Positions 1 to 14,022 of a stretch of DNA of 64,000 bases are shown piece by piece. The position numbers were made by a program, and so were the translations under genes. This DNA is from Marsupella aquatica (taxonomy: Eukaryota > Plantae > Marchantiophyta). Numbering within the stretch: the stretch's first letter is position 1; each line of letters starts with the position of its first letter. The notes below the pieces were generated by a model. The model worked only from the letters and a program-made list of their open reading frames with translations. It was not told the DNA's origin and made no database searches. The stretch covers positions 5,179,708-5,243,707 of the forward strand of contig OZ316891.1 in the NCBI GenBank assembly GCA_973895155.1, given 5' to 3'.

Positions 1-1141
1 TCTGCTGCAATGCAATGCAAAGTTTTGCAATGTTGTAGCCCTGAGTAACGTGGTGCTGAATTGTTGTGCGCGTGCTGCATGACTTGTTGAGGGACTGTGC
101 TGGATCCCTGACTCCACCAAGCATGGCACGCTTGGAGTCAGTTGAATCTGCTTTGTCAGGAAGAAAGCTGGTCGGCTATGGTTATCAGTAGCTGGGTGTG
201 CTGCAAATTTCCATCCGCATCGTGCGCTAGATCGCCTGGGTCCACTGGTGTCTGGACTTCCAGGCTCCCGCCCGTCTCAATCTCTCTCTGTGGGATTCTC
301 GCCAATTCACTGGTCTCAATGTAGGTACGAATTCCGTCCCTTGCTCCTTTAGTCCTCGTCCTTCAAGTAGGTAGGCGACCAGAAACTTATCAGTTATCAC
401 CTCTTCATTCATGCATTCAGCCCATCTATCACTCACACATGTGTGCACCTTTATGTCCCTTGTCCTCGCCAGAGCTCGCATTGAATTCTTCCATCTGAGT
501 TTCCGAGTCAAGTGCTCTGATTGGCCTGTCATCTCTCTTCCCTGTCCCCTGGCAACACTCCTCCGTCTGCTCTCAGGTTGCTATTCTTCCAGTATTGAGT
601 ATTGAGCTTCATAATTATCTAACGTTTTTCGAGCAAGAGTACTCTCATCTGGATTGGTATGACCACTTTGACGTGTGCTGAGAGACAAAAAAATTGAATT
701 CGAAGCAAGCGCTGGGTTCCTTGTAATTCGTGCAAGTTTGGATTTGAACTGTATCGCATTGTACAGCTCTCGGTAGTGTAATTTCTTCACGCGTGGAACA
801 TGAACCAAATCAGATCGTGATCGAACACAGTCCTCGTCTCTCTGACGGGCCAGTTCTCTTCATCATGGTACCTCTCTATCGACACAAGAGTTCGATCAGC
901 CGTCGTTGACTTACCTCAGCCTTCACTTTCCCTGATGTTGCTGAATGAGATGGATGTGTGCGCATTCGCAGGTTTGGACCCAATGCGCCGGTGCAGCATG
1001 AGTATGGCCTACTGTCAGGACATCCTGAGCTTTGAGCTTGAGCTCCCGCTTGAACTGCAGCTCCTGATTACTTTTGGCGCTGATGGTTTGATTTCTAGGA
1101 GTTGATTCGATGAAATTCGAACAAGCTCAACTGAGAAGTCG

Positions 1142-1286
1142 TTCAATGTCTTAGAAGGAGAACGGAACATCATAGTCGAGTCAACCGAAGGGAGCTTGGA
1201 GGAACCAATAGGTTAAACTGAGAGCTTGTTCAATATCTTAGAAGGAGAACGGATCATCCCAGACGATTCAAGCGAAGGAGCTTGGA
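1142..1286. repeat. Diverged ~88-bp tandem duplication just upstream of the LHT-like start
   Basis: ttcaatgtcttagaaggagaacggaacatc...gaagggagcttgga (from 1142) versus ttcaatatcttagaaggagaacggatcatc...gaaggagcttgga (from 1229). Confidence 0.75.
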
Positions 1287-1292
1287 GAAACG

Positions 1293-4200
1293 ATGGCCAC
1301 AATTGGTACTCAGATGTCTTTGGAATGGGGCACCATCCACCCATCAATGCTGGAGCGGGAACGAGAGCTTACATCCATGCCAAGCTCTACAACGAACACG
1401 AAGACCACCACCACGCCCACTGTTCTCAGCAACACTGTCTCTCCAATCTTCACTCCGGTTTCGACTGGAGCAAACACTCCCCAGCTGCCCTCACCTGGTC
1501 GTCCAAGTTTGATCGGCAGCCAAACTTTCTCGAACCCTGGCGGCATCTCCACCACGCACAATAACATTCGGGTTTCTGGGAAGCAAAGGCTGCTTGCAGC
1601 TTCCTCCGACAAGCCCTCGGGCGGAGAATCAGGCGTCAAGTCGCCCAGGGTTTTTGGATGGGCCACGCCTCTGCTGAGCCCCATCGGATCTCCGCTGCGC
1701 AGGCATCTTGCCAGCATGAAGGTGTACTTGCAAGAGATCGGGCACCTCACAACAATTGATCCACATGATGCGTGGCTCCCCATCACTGAGTCGCGCGGCG
1801 GCAATGCTTACTACGCTGCATTCCACAACTTGAATGCCACCATTGGCTTCCAGGCTCTAATCCTGCCCGTTGCGTTCACCTTTCTCGGCTGGTAAACTCT
1901 GCTCTGGAGCAAATCTAAAATTCCTCTGTGCAATGCTCTGTTTCGCTTTTATTTCTTTCTCTAACGCTTTTCATGATAGTTCAATATTTGCTATAAAAGC
2001 TAACTAATGCAGGCGTTCTGCAGATCCTCCAGACATTTAAATAGATAATGCATCTAAATCCTCAATAAGGGACTCTGTTGAATGGCGCACTCAAACATTT
2101 GTGATGATTTAGCTCATTCCTGGGTCAAGTTGTTGAAAGTCCTCATCAACGGATGTTAGAAAACAGCCTGTCAGCTTTTGTGGAAGGAAGTGAAGAGTCA
2201 AATTCCTGGGAATGATCAATTCCCCTGCCAGTGTGTCCATCGGAAGCTCTGCTACTAAATCAAATTAGACTTTCCGCTCGGCTTCTAAGAAACTGTATGT
2301 CTGCTGAATCCGCTGAGGGATTTCGCAACTTTCAGAATCAGAAACAGTTCGTAAATACTGTATGCAGGAGCTTTGGGGTGGGGGGAAGAGAAGATTATTT
2401 CTGCAGCTGATGATTCCTCCACAAGGCAATCTCGCTATAATAATTTAGATCAGCGACCAATTGTTCAGTACCATTCTAATTTTAATGTTTCAAGTAACTT
2501 CGAAAAGTCGCACTTGACAGTTTTGATTTATATGTAGACAACACTGTTATGCCTCTATTGAACGTTGAAACAGAATTTCGCACTTGTGATATGCTCCACA
2601 GGACATGGGGAATCCTGGCTCTCACTTTCGCGTTCGGGTGGTTCGTGTACACTAAATGGCTTCTAGTCGAAATGCACGAATGTGTTCCTGGGAGACGAAT
2701 CAGCCGTTTTCTGGACCTCGCCGAAACAGCCTTCGGTAAGTGCCTGCACCCCAGAACAAGCTCTCAGAGCACATCATTGATGTGATGCCGATTTTTTTTG
2801 TGTGTCTCCCTTCTGCAATGCCTTCCCTGATCAGTTTCGTATGAAGTCAGCTGAAGACATGATTGTGTTGAATTTAATCCGAGTCTCCTAAATCTACCAC
2901 CGACTGACCAATCGAAGCAACAGTATTCTAAGTCCTTGAGTGTAAGCTAGATCCGTGTTTCTCACCTTTTATAACCAAAGTAGCCTCAACAGAGTTGCCT
3001 AGGAGAACTGCAACTTACTGAAAGTCTCTCTCTCTCTGTCTTCTAGTAGTGAATTTCAATTTCATTCTTTCATGATAGCAGAAATCTGAAAAAAGACAAG
3101 AAGCTGTGCTCACTTCTTCTCCTTCGATTACTTTTGCGATTAGAGATCTTTCTGGAAGTTTCTAGCCGAAACGGTCCTGGAAATGATGAGATGAATGTGA
3201 GAACTGGAGTCTGGGTAAGATATGGAGGAAGAGCTTCACTTTGGGAATCGAGGCGTGGGTCTTTCCATTGCTACATCAGGTTGCCCGAATATTAAGAAAT
3301 CCTTGCCAAATGTTCAGTTTTTCAAATAAATCTGATTAGGGTGACTGTAACGCTGACTGCAAATGTACGTTCGGCTTTGTGAGCTCAGGAGAAAGATTGG
3401 GCTTCTTCCTAGTAGCACCAATGGTTATCAATCTCGCAGCAGGGACGTGCGTAGGCTTGATCACTATCGGCGCAACCAGTCTGGAGCTATTCTTCCGAAC
3501 AGTGTGTCCCATGTGCAGGAACCCTCTCACTCCAATCGAGTGGTACCTCGTCTTCACTTTGTTCTGCGTCCTCGTCGCACAATTCCCAAATCTGAACTCT
3601 GTAGCTGGAGTGTCTCTCATTGGAGCTACTATGGCAGTGGCGTATTGCACTTTGGTATGGTCACTTTCAATAAGTGTTCCCAGGCCGGCCTCTGTCAAGT
3701 ATGAGATTGTTGTGGGAAAGTCCACAACGGCGAGTGTGTTCATGATCCTCAATGCTCTAGGCCTTATTGCATTTGCCTTCCGGGGTCATAATCTCAGCCT
3801 CGAGATTCAGGTGGGATATAATTATGTTGTTGCCAAATTGCATAGCTTGAAACGTGTTCAACAACCAGCTCCAGAAGATTTGAATTACTAGCTACCTATA
3901 TGGGGTCTATCTGCCATTCTTAGTGACCACGAAATTAAGCTATAAAGCTTGATCTGGTGGCTGCTCTAGCTGACTCGGGTGATTTTCTTATGAACAGGCT
4001 ACCATGCCTTCGACCTTGAAGCATCCGTCTCGCGTGCCTATGTGGAAGGGCGCGTTGTGGGCCTTCGCAGGAACGGCGTTCTGCTTCTTCCCGTTAAGTA
4101 TCGGTGGATACTGGGCATACGGAGACCAAGTAATTGCTTCCTCCCTCTCTCTCTCTTTGTCGACCTGCCTTGGTGCTTGTGCAATTAACTGGACGGCTTT

Positions 4201-4857
4201 AATTGCTCGTGAAATGCGTCTCAATAGTCGAATCTGCGGCAGCCCTTCTCTGCGCAATTGACTCCGTAATCTTGAAGAGAGCTAGCTCCAGACATCTACT
4301 CTAATAATGTCATCTGTATGAGGCATCTTATGACTGTTTTTGTGGTGCTGTGAATGATGTAAAACCTGCAGATGCGGGGGTCTGGGATCCTCTTCTCCAT
4401 CCTCGCTTTCCATGAGAAGCAGATTTCTAGCGTCTTACTGGGCATCACCTTCCTATTTGTCGTCCTCCAGTCATTGTGCAGCTTCCAGATCTATGCTATG
4501 CCCTTGTTGGACCTGGCCGAGCAATTCTACACCAAGCGAACCGACAAGAAGATCAACTCCTACCTGCGCTTCCTTTGCAGGACCTTGTTCGTCTTTGCCG
4601 TGTTTCTCGTTGCCATTGCCATTCCTTTTCTATCGAGTTTGGCGGGGTTGACTGGAGGACTATCCATTCCCCTGGCGTTTCTTCTGCCTTCACTCATGTA
4701 TCTAAAACTGAGAAAACCTGCGAGAGGAAGCCTTCACTGGTACCTCAACTGGGGCTTGTCCTTCGTCGGAGCTTTTCTGAGCGTTACCGTCAGCGCTGGC
4801 GGTGTGTGGAGTGTTGTGGAGACTGGAGTAAAGGTTCAATTTTTCAAACCAGCCTAG
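1293..4857 (+). CDS. Lysine/histidine transporter-like (AAAP family, LHT-like 8/AATL1 clade) amino-acid transporter, 5 exons
   Basis: Exons 1293-1891, 2602-2735, 3389-3810, 3998-4129, 4372-4857 with GT-AG junctions and consistent phases. Motifs DAWLPITESRGGNAYYAAFHNLNA, QFPNLNSVAGVSLIGA, AFAFRGHNLSLEIQATMPSTLKHPS, FQIYAMP and terminal FFKP match the plant LHT-like 8 clade. The start could instead be ATG 1314. Confidence 0.9.
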
Positions 4858-7569
4858 TGGATCAATTCGAAAGCCTGTGCATCATAAATGGGCCTCCTCT
4901 TGTACAGATCTCATCATTTCGGCAACGTCTGGACCGGGGTGACGCGATTTGGTTAGACTTCAAATCCGAAAAGTGGTACAGGTAGTAGACAAGAAAAGGG
5001 CCTGAAGGGATTATTAGGTAGGAGTCAGGAGTTGCAGTTGCTCTGAGCATCATTTCAGTTGAGGCCTAAACTAGGCGGAACTCTAACCGGCTCTCTCGTT
5101 CACCTTCATCCTTTGAAGGGACATGTACTTTGGGTCATGCTTCGATTGGCAATCATTCCGGATAGCAGTAAGCTGTCACACTGAGAGTCGGTTCTCTCTG
5201 AGCAAATTGGGAATCATACCAGTGCTGGAGATCGAGCTAAGCTTGATATAACGATTAGTATATAGCAAGAGATTCAATGCCTTCCCCTCGAGATTCACAA
5301 CTAAGAGTTTTGTAAGGTTTGAATTGTCCATCGATCTGCGGCGTAGGATGAGCAAAGGATGATTTAAGTGATTGTCAACTATGCCTCTTGCGCATCTCAC
5401 GAGCAGAAGCAGATGAAGATGCTGATCTATATTCATGAATGTGTACACGAATGGAGGCATTGACCAATTCTACCATGAATTCAGATAACTCCGAGTTATT
5501 ATGTTGGCATAAATAATTAAGTTTGCAGGAATGAGCACTCATTTTGCCCTATGGCCAATTTCGGTTTGATTATGAACTTCAAAATATGTGTGAGCATGAA
5601 ATGGATGCGTTGTGGAGTATGCAGGGAACTCAAAGTCCCCGCTTGCCGTCCCAGCCTGGTCGTTCCCGCCCCCGAAACATCAGTTTTAGTTTACAATGGA
5701 CCATATTTCCCAGGATGAGAATCAATGTAAGCCACCGTAGAAATAGAATTTATCCTTTGGAACTGAGATAATTGGAATGATTGTTTGTGCTAGACTCCAT
5801 GTAAAAGATGATGGCCTCGTTTCTGTTCCCCACTTTTAGTAATCCGTGAAACTTTACTTTCGCTTGCTCCAAAGGGATTTGATTGAAGCTGCCGTAGGTA
5901 GGGAATTCATTTTGGAACTCGGGCCTGCAGATGGGCATCCGAAAATAATTGATAAATTACAGGGGTTTAGACTGGCATTTCATATATGACCTGAACTTCG
6001 CTCCATGGTGATTTCGAAATAAGTTTGACTACGTAAAACTTGTACCTATGTTCCTTCTTGGATATGCGGCTGAAATGAACTGCCCTGAGATGCAGATAAT
6101 GAGGCCACGTGAGATGAATGGAATGTGAGGCTAATCTTCCCATTGTTGTTAATTTGAGCTCCTCCGCCTCAGGCTGTTGGGCTCCAAATTAAACAGTTTT
6201 AGCAGGCCATATCAAATTCTTGCGAAAAATTATATATTTACTACATTATCAAATTCCACTCTTTCTATTCATCTCATGGTCTGTTCTCAATTTTTTCTTC
6301 TCATGGTCTGTTTACAAAATGTCATTTTGGCTAGTCTCTCTTGCAACCACCGAAATGTCATTCTGGCCAGAAGCCTATCTGGTGGTTGGATCATCGTAAC
6401 ATTTTTTCGTTATCATGAGATGACCTGAAGGTGCCACTTGTACACGCCTAACCCTGGCACTCTCTCTATAGCTCGCACATTTTTTGGGAATCCAGTCGCA
6501 CATTCTTGGAAATCCAGTTGCCAACTCCACCCAGTGTCAGATTACCTGGCCGGCCATCTCTTCTTTGCCCGACAGCCTTCTCTCAAAACATCAGTTACTG
6601 TCGAGAATACTCTGCAATACTGCCTGGCTCTCTTCTATGCTCGACAACACTTCTCTCAAAACATCACTTACTTTTGAGAACACTTTGCAAGGCACTGGCA
6701 TTGAGCTAGTAAGTACAATCATACTAGTGGTCGATTCAAGCTTACCTATAAGGTATGCCTGCTGAAGTTTTGTCTCCAAATACAATACATCAATGATGGA
6801 TTCTTTTCACTGATGATTGTGCCATTGACCTCCAATTAGAGACTGGCCGTATTCAAACGTCCTGTGCAGAAGTCTTCCATGGAAAAATTCTTATTGATCG
6901 TGAACGGTATGTCGACGTCCTTCAAATTTGTACAGTACCTTCCTCTCCGACCTTCGAATTGAACTGCCATTCTAGCTGCTCTCTGGACGGAAAGCCTCGA
7001 TGTAAGGATCAGTGGGGCCCGATGTCCTCTGGATCGGACATCGATCTCGTCGTTTATGACGTTTGGTCGGTGCATCACATGAAAGCATGGTCGACATCTG
7101 CACGTCACTCTCCAAAGTACTCTTCTCAGTGCATCATAGAGATTGGAAGGTCAAGTGTGACCGTCATCTACGAAGACCGTGCACACTGAATTTCAGGCCC
7201 TCCCTGGTCCACCATGGAGTCTATTCATCCATCCACATTTTACAGTCTTGGGCTGCAATTTGATTATCTAGCTTCCAGGTGGGGTTTCTCAAATCCACCT
7301 CGTGAGCTCATCACCGGCCTGGTTGGTGAGAGGATTGAAGTACCAGTTATTATGCACTGTTGTTATTGTTATGATAGTTTGCCAGAATGCACGGATGGAT
7401 TGGTGGATTTCATAACCGGTCTAGCAACCCGATGTCCTGCTGAACTTCCATAAATCTCAATCACAGCTTACTGATCCAGGACAGTCCATACGATAGTTGT
7501 CTCGAGCTCTACGACTATCACTGTACAATCCATAGGACGTGCGTGCAGGGGACATTTGTGCATCCCACT

Positions 7570-7741
7570 AATTGCACATCAGAATTGACACCTACTTACT
7601 TATTTAAAACAACACTCTATTATTTAGATAAATGATACATATTTAGAATAACATTCCATGATTTAAACAAAATGATTGGGTTTATCATGGTATGGAGTGA
7701 AATGGTAGACTATATATATATTCACATTTTGATGTGCAATT
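7570..7741. mobile_element. Small MITE-like element of a family dispersed in this window
   Basis: Inverted ends aattgcacatcagaat (7570) and attttgatgtgcaatt (7726-7741). The internal tttatcatggtatgg motif recurs at ~19075-19150 and, reverse-complemented, at ~62655-62930. Confidence 0.55.
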
Positions 7742-7924
7742 GAAGAAGGGTTACTTTCTTAAGACTAGATTTGCCCTGTAGTTGGCAGCTACAGTTGCTT
7801 GATAGAGTGGACTATTTAGCCCCTCATGTGGTGTCTCCTTAGAGCTTCCAACTGATGAGACAGTATACATTAGGTTGGATTTAAGTAAGTAGGTATATTG
7901 CTCGACAGATACCCAAAATGATAG

Positions 7925-8290
7925 TGGCTACTTCATGGGATCACTCACTTTAGGTTGGGGGTCCAGCAAAACCAACATGGATCACTCAGTTTCCCATGGA
8001 GTAACCACCCCAAATGGATCCCATGAAAATGGATCCCATGAAGTTACCCAAAAACTCATGGGGTTGATTGGGGAGAAAAGTTTGGTTTCCGGTCCAACAA
8101 GCAAATACCTCTTTAATTAAGGCATGTAATCTTGACTCCCTTACTTTAGAGCATCTCCCTACTGGTGAAACTACTGTAGATAGTCGGTGGGATGAATCGC
8201 TTGGAGCCCTGACTCCTTTAATTAGGGCATGCCCAGTGGTGGGAACATAGTCTGTTAGATTTAAGAGCACCCCTGCCAGTGATTACATTT
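7925..8290. mobile_element. Cluster of PIF/Harbinger (Tourist)-like MITE ends and fragments
   Basis: tta|gagcatctcc (8149), tta|gggcatgcccagtgg (~8225), taa|gagcacccctgccagtg (~8265): TTA/TAA followed by GAGCATCTCC or GGGCATG-type termini. Inverted repeat acttcatgggatc / gatcccatgaagt at 7930-8044. Confidence 0.45.
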
Positions 8291-8563
8291 GGTAAACTAG
8301 GCTTGTTGCATCTAGCTACAGATAATCTTACGAGTTCAGTCAAAGCAAAATGAACCACCAGTGTGTGCATGTAGTTGGAATCAGACAAACCTTCACTAGA
8401 ATTGTGGTAACAGACATGTCACAAATTTTGTAGTCTGTCCCATCTGTCACAAAAGTTGTAGTCTGTCCCAAACCTACCCGGAACCTGCGTAAGGTCCCTT
8501 AGTGACAGGTCTATTTTTGAGATGAAGATTTATCACACTGAGGAACAATGAGCAGCAAAATGA

Positions 8564-8696
8564 GATTGTTCGCACACTACTTTACTTCTTTATAGAAACA
8601 TATGATAGTCACAAGAGAAAGCTAGACAAGATTGTTTGCACACTACTTTACTTCTTTAAAGAAACATATGATCATCACAAGAGAAAGCCAGACAAG
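8564..8696. repeat. ~66-bp tandem duplication
   Basis: gattgtt(c/t)gcacactactttacttcttt...cacaagagaaagc(t/c)agacaa occurs twice in succession. Confidence 0.85.
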
Positions 8697-10658
8697 AGCC
8701 ATTTGCTATCGTATCTTGAAAAGGGATGTCGCTGCCGCCCAGACTCTGCTTGATCATCCACTTGTATGAGTCAAGATCAGAAGTCATGATTTTTTTTTTA
8801 TAAATGAGCACTACTGTTGTCTGTCGACAACAAGTAACTGATCACCCACCAGCGAGTGAGTGTCAAGATCAGAATCAACAGCCTTGCCGGTCAATCTACT
8901 TCAGAAGTTGATGGAGAGAGCGGAAAGATGAATAGCCACAGTTCAGATAATTACAATAGCAGACTGTTACTGACTAGATTGATGATCGAGCCAGCAAGAT
9001 AGTCAGGAGTGTGGATGCTCTAAGAAATGTAGTCTTGACAACTGTATGGGAGATAGAGCCGGGATTACAATTTGTTTTACAATCGGAAGTCAGCGCCAAA
9101 GTGAGTGACCAGGGCAGAATCGTGGGCAACAGGCCGTTCCAGATCCATGGCGCGAATTCGAGGATCCATGGTGGGGATTGGCGCCAAACGGAGTAGTAGA
9201 CAGAACGGCTCTCCCTGATGAGAAAGGAGAACTTTGGAGGAACCCATTTTTCAAATGGAATTCACTCAGATTTGCAGGAGGATGAAACCTTGGGTGATTG
9301 GAATATTATCATTCCCCGTCTTACTTAAGAGGGCTTGGGTGCATGAGCATTCATATGCGGTACCGACGGTGGTGGACAGAGCAGAGGCAGACTCCTGCTC
9401 CTCTCCTCATAAGAGCACTGTATTCGATCCAATTGGAAGCCAATTCCAAATGTCACTACATAATTTCATTCGTTCACATGAAACTCTGCTCAGTCAGTCT
9501 TCCACAGTGAATGAAGATCTAAAGTAGGCTGAAAGGAGATCCACAATCATTTACGACATAACTACGCCGACAAACAGAGACACCGAGCAGAACCGAGAAA
9601 TGACAACAATGAAGCCAACCTGTACTCCTACCAACTCCCCATAAACCCGAACAAACTGCCATATGCACGTGAAGGCTTCAGCATTCCATAATTGTATAAA
9701 TCCAAGAGAAATTTCCTTGTTACATCCATTTGTAGGAGTTTCGACTTAAGTACATCTCATTAGCTTCAACGCTCAGGCATGGGACTATCTTCCATGGACT
9801 TGAATAGCTTTCTTCAAACCTGATGTAACAGGGCCGACAGAAAGGAAAGATCAACATTTCACCAGATAAATGATTCACATCAGTCTTTCTCCCAAAGATT
9901 TCAGCGAATCATCAAGAAGGAAAGATAAAATAATGAGACCATGAACGATGAGCATTGTAAATTTCATGCAGTATCAACCATAGTCTTAAACTGTGGAGCA
10001 ATCCTACACCAGGCATAGATTCCAGGATCCGAGTAGAATTTTCAATTGAAAAGATGGAACTGAAGTATGGTCTACCCACACTGCAGCTCTTTACAAAGAA
10101 TTCCCGTGTCTTAAAAAGTATCCAAACTCTATGTTGCCCGCCTTCTCATAGGAGCAGAGGAATACGTTGACTTGGTTTTGAGATTCACAGTATTTGCTAT
10201 ACAATATATTCGTGTTAAAGTTTTCATCCTGTGGGTTCAGTCATACAGCTCCTTGGTAAGCATTGCAAGCCAGGATCAAAGAGGTACTACAATCCTTAGC
10301 TATCTGCACGCAAGGGTGATGTTGATCATGCTGGTAAACTAGTGGGATCTGGTCGGTATGTTATATCCTTGCTTCTTCTAAGAGGCTCTTGTTGTCTCTT
10401 ACAAAATCTCGACAACACAGTTCAAAAAATATAGCCTTCAGCTACTCTTCAAAAATTCAGTAGCTGATAACTGTACATTGGAGTCGCAATAATCAAAGGA
10501 CTATGATTTCCGTGACTGCAATGCCTAAAGACAATCCCGACATAATATATCGATGCTGCCTTTCGTCCACTAGGGTTTAGAAGTACCAATTTCCAGTCCA
10601 GGACAGCAACGAAAAGATCATCTGCCATCCAAAGCATATTTACAAGAAGTCCCCATAC

Positions 10659-13600
10659 CTAGGCACTTGAAGGAAGAACAGGGTAATTTGCATCAGGAGA
10701 GAGCCCGCTGAACCACGAGCCAAGCTTTTGCTCCATCTCGTTCAAAATATTGCGACGTCTATCCCCAATCCCATACTTGACTCTGTCGATTGCTTCTTTG
10801 AAGTCCTCGAAAGTCACTGCAGACCGGCCTAACAATACCACATACCAGCATGACCAATTAGCAAGATTGGGACAAAAGGACTCATGCACACTGTGTAAGA
10901 TCGTCAGGTTTCCATAAGAAATTGGTGCCCTTCCAAATAGATTCCACCTTCAGCAGAAATCAGGTGTACTATCTACCGAACAGCTATATACAATCTATGA
11001 CATTCGCAAAACAGGAAACCACTTTTGTAGAGGACTTATTGTACAATACCTCTTCTTGCTGCCAAAAGCGCAGCCTCATTCACAAGGTTGGCAAGGTCTG
11101 CACCAACAAACCCACCGGTCATGGATGCTACCAGCCTCTGGAGCAGAAGTGGATCCTCTTCTACAGGTACGCCACGCATATGGACAGCCAGTACTTGCTG
11201 CCGGCCCTGTAGATCAGGTTCTGTAACATGCACTCTGCGCGAGAGACGCCCAGGCCGACACAATGCAGGATCAAGAGCCTCAGGTCTATTGGTTGCTGCA
11301 AGTACAAGAACTCCAGAATCTGATTCGAAGCCGTCCATCTCTGTCAACAGCTGGAACAGAAGATAAAAACTATGACTGTCAGTTTACGACCCTAAGGTAG
11401 CTCAGCATACGACTGCAATTAAAATCCAACAATTATTAGCGTAAACACTCAAAACATTCAAACATATTAATACGGGTGAGACGATGATCAGAAAGCTGGA
11501 AAAGTGAAGAGAATTGTTCGCCATTCAGAACTCAACTTCACCCTTCAGTCATACTGTAAACAAAACGCGACTAACTTGAAATAATATTTCTTAGACAACG
11601 AGAAGCCTAAAGTCGTACCTGATTTAAAGTTTGATCACGCTCATCGTTGAAGCTTCTTCCCCGGCGTCCACCAACAGCATCAAGCTCGTCTATGAAAACA
11701 ATAGAAGGGGTGTTCTTCCGGGCCTCTGAAAAGAGCTCTCTAATTCTCGCTGCACCTCTTCCAACGAACATCTCCACAAACTCACTTGCTGATGCTGCGT
11801 AGAATGGAACACCCGCTTCACCGGCAACAGCCCGAGCGAGAAGGGTCTTTCCCGTTCCTGGAGGGCCAACTAGAAGAACACCTTTGGGCACTTTTGCTCC
11901 AAGGCTTGCAAACTTTGCAGCTCCTCTCATGCACTCCACGATCTGAAATTGTGACAACAAGAACTTAAGAACCTCGTTGAGAAATCACCAGATGGAAGAG
12001 GATTAAGTCAAATAAACGTTAATAGATGGAGAATGAACTGTCCGTCCAGACCCTTCAAGATCCATCACTGTTCCAATCACCAGATGGAAGAGGACACAGT
12101 CAACGAAACGTCAATACATTGAGAATGAACTGTCCATCCAGACCGTTCAAGTTCCACCACGGGTCGAATCACTACCCACCTACCCTGAGTAACCAATATC
12201 TCCCAGGGTGTGTGTCCAGTAGTGAAGCCTTATTTCCATCCTTAGGGATAGATCTGGTCAGGAATTTCAAAAACTTTGCACGGGTTTGGTCGGACTTACG
12301 CTACTCAGTTCAAATCATTTTGGCTGCTCTCCCAATCCCACCAATCAACATAGCTCAATGATTAGAGACTATAACCTTGGGATCTTTCCTGAAGAGGTTC
12401 ATCTTGTCCACCCTTTGTTTGAGTCTAATCGAGGAGTTTGACTTAAGATCTTCGTCAGCTCACTTGCTATACCCCAAACAATTCGCTTTGGGTCCTGTCT
12501 TACCAACAGTATTTCGACTTCAAAGTAATCAGGGTCTGAAGGCCTAAAACCCAGGTACGCTACATCCAGGTGATAATCTAAGGTGACCCAGAGGTATAAG
12601 AATAAACAATCATTTAAAAAATTCAATATCGATGAATAATTTCTATCAAGCACAGGTACCTTGACCACTAGTGAGTTCTTTATTAAGTCCAAGGAAAGCA
12701 TACACTAGAAAGTAAGACTGGGCGTGCAAATCGGGTACATCCACACGAAAACCATGCACTAAAACCTAATACACATACATACGCTGCATTTTGCCAATGG
12801 CAATACGTACCTCCATTAGCTCAGCCTTCGCAATATCAACACCAGCAACGTCCTCAAACTTCACCAACCGACTCACATTTCGCCTCTTTTTGCCATTGGA
12901 GCTGTTCTGCGACATCTGCCGATGCAGCAGCCAAAACACGGGACTCAAAGGAATCCAGAGAGTAATCACAGTGATTATAACCGTTCTGAATGCCGCACTC
13001 ACCGATTGCGGAGCAGAGCTGTACTTGACCCCTGCGTCTCTCATCAACGGGAGAAGAAAGGCCTCATCGTTCTTGACCCTTCTTGTGGAGTAGGCCCATT
13101 TTGGTACGACAAGTTTTTTCTGAGCGGTCACGCTCTTCTTTGGGACTGAGACTTCACTTGACGTACTCACTGTGCTTCCATAGGATTCCCCAGTGCTCTC
13201 ACTTGTCATATCCATCAAGCCCTCCTGAGCTAGTGTCATGCTAGCAATCAACTCCTTCCCATCCTCCGCAGTTGGTATGCGGTCAATTGCGTGCCCTTCA
13301 CTGTGCGCCTCTGCTACAGGAGGAATTTCATCGGTCTGATGCAAATTGAAGTACAAATAGCTCGATCCCTCTTCAAAGAGAGCAGTGGTGACAGTTTTGG
13401 ATTCCAGATGGGCCACCAGCTCGGAGTAGGCGACCACCTGAGGTGCAGCGTTGCCGGTGAGTGAGGCACTCAAGTAAACCAATCCCATAGTACAACCCAA
13501 AACGCTCCATAGCATCATCTGCCGCCTCCCAGGACCCCTAAGGAAAGCCAGAAGCCCTTTCAACAAATTTTCAGGTGAAAATCTTTTCAAAAATCCAAAG

Positions 13601-14022
13601 AGAGCCCCGAGAGCTCTCTGAATTCTGGCCACAAAATTCGACTTCCGCATCGGCGCACCCTCCTCGGAATCGGCGGCCGATGCCACTGGACTATCCTCGG
13701 ATGTTGAGGGCTCTGCTGCTAGGCTATTGTTTGTCACCCAACTTTTCCTGTCATTCCTCTCATCCCACTTTCGTGATTCACCAAACGAAAACGATTTGGG
13801 CCCCGCAGCTGAAAAGCATATCGCCTGCCTTTGAACCAAAAAAACAACTCTATTTGCTCCTCCTCCTGCTGCTTCTTCACGACGCCTTTTCCCTCCCACA
13901 ATTTTCACCGATCTCTTGGCCAGTCCACTTACATTATCCCCCGAAAATACAGAGGAAGCCAATAGAGACCCGGAACAGGCACTTTGCCCTGTCGAAACAC
14001 GCCATTGGGCAAGAGCTGTCAT
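10659..14022 (-). CDS. FTSHI3: Proteolytically inactive FtsH-like AAA ATPase (FtsHi3 type), plastid-targeted, 4 exons
   Basis: Exons 14022-12811, 11942-11619, 11350-11050, 10828-10659. First ATG is at 14022; the track's start at 14055 is a GTG. Transit-peptide-like N-terminus, two hydrophobic segments, Walker A GPPGTGKT, Walker [28 protein letters not shown]. The protein ends shortly after the AAA lid with no HEXXH M41 domain, as in FtsHi3. Confidence 0.85.
11982..12151. repeat. ~92-bp diverged tandem duplication inside FtsHi3 intron 1
   Basis: aatcaccagatggaagagg...gagaatgaactgtcc.tccagacc.ttcaag occurs twice. Confidence 0.75.

Noticed and set aside
2101-2320. Intronic C/D-box snoRNA (GTGATGA at 2101)
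   Set aside because: No properly spaced D box with a terminal stem or recognisable rRNA antisense element.
10659-10830. FtsH truncated before the protease domain, read as a pseudogene
   Set aside because: Lack of the C-terminal M41/HEXXH domain is the normal FtsHi3 architecture, and the AAA motifs are intact.
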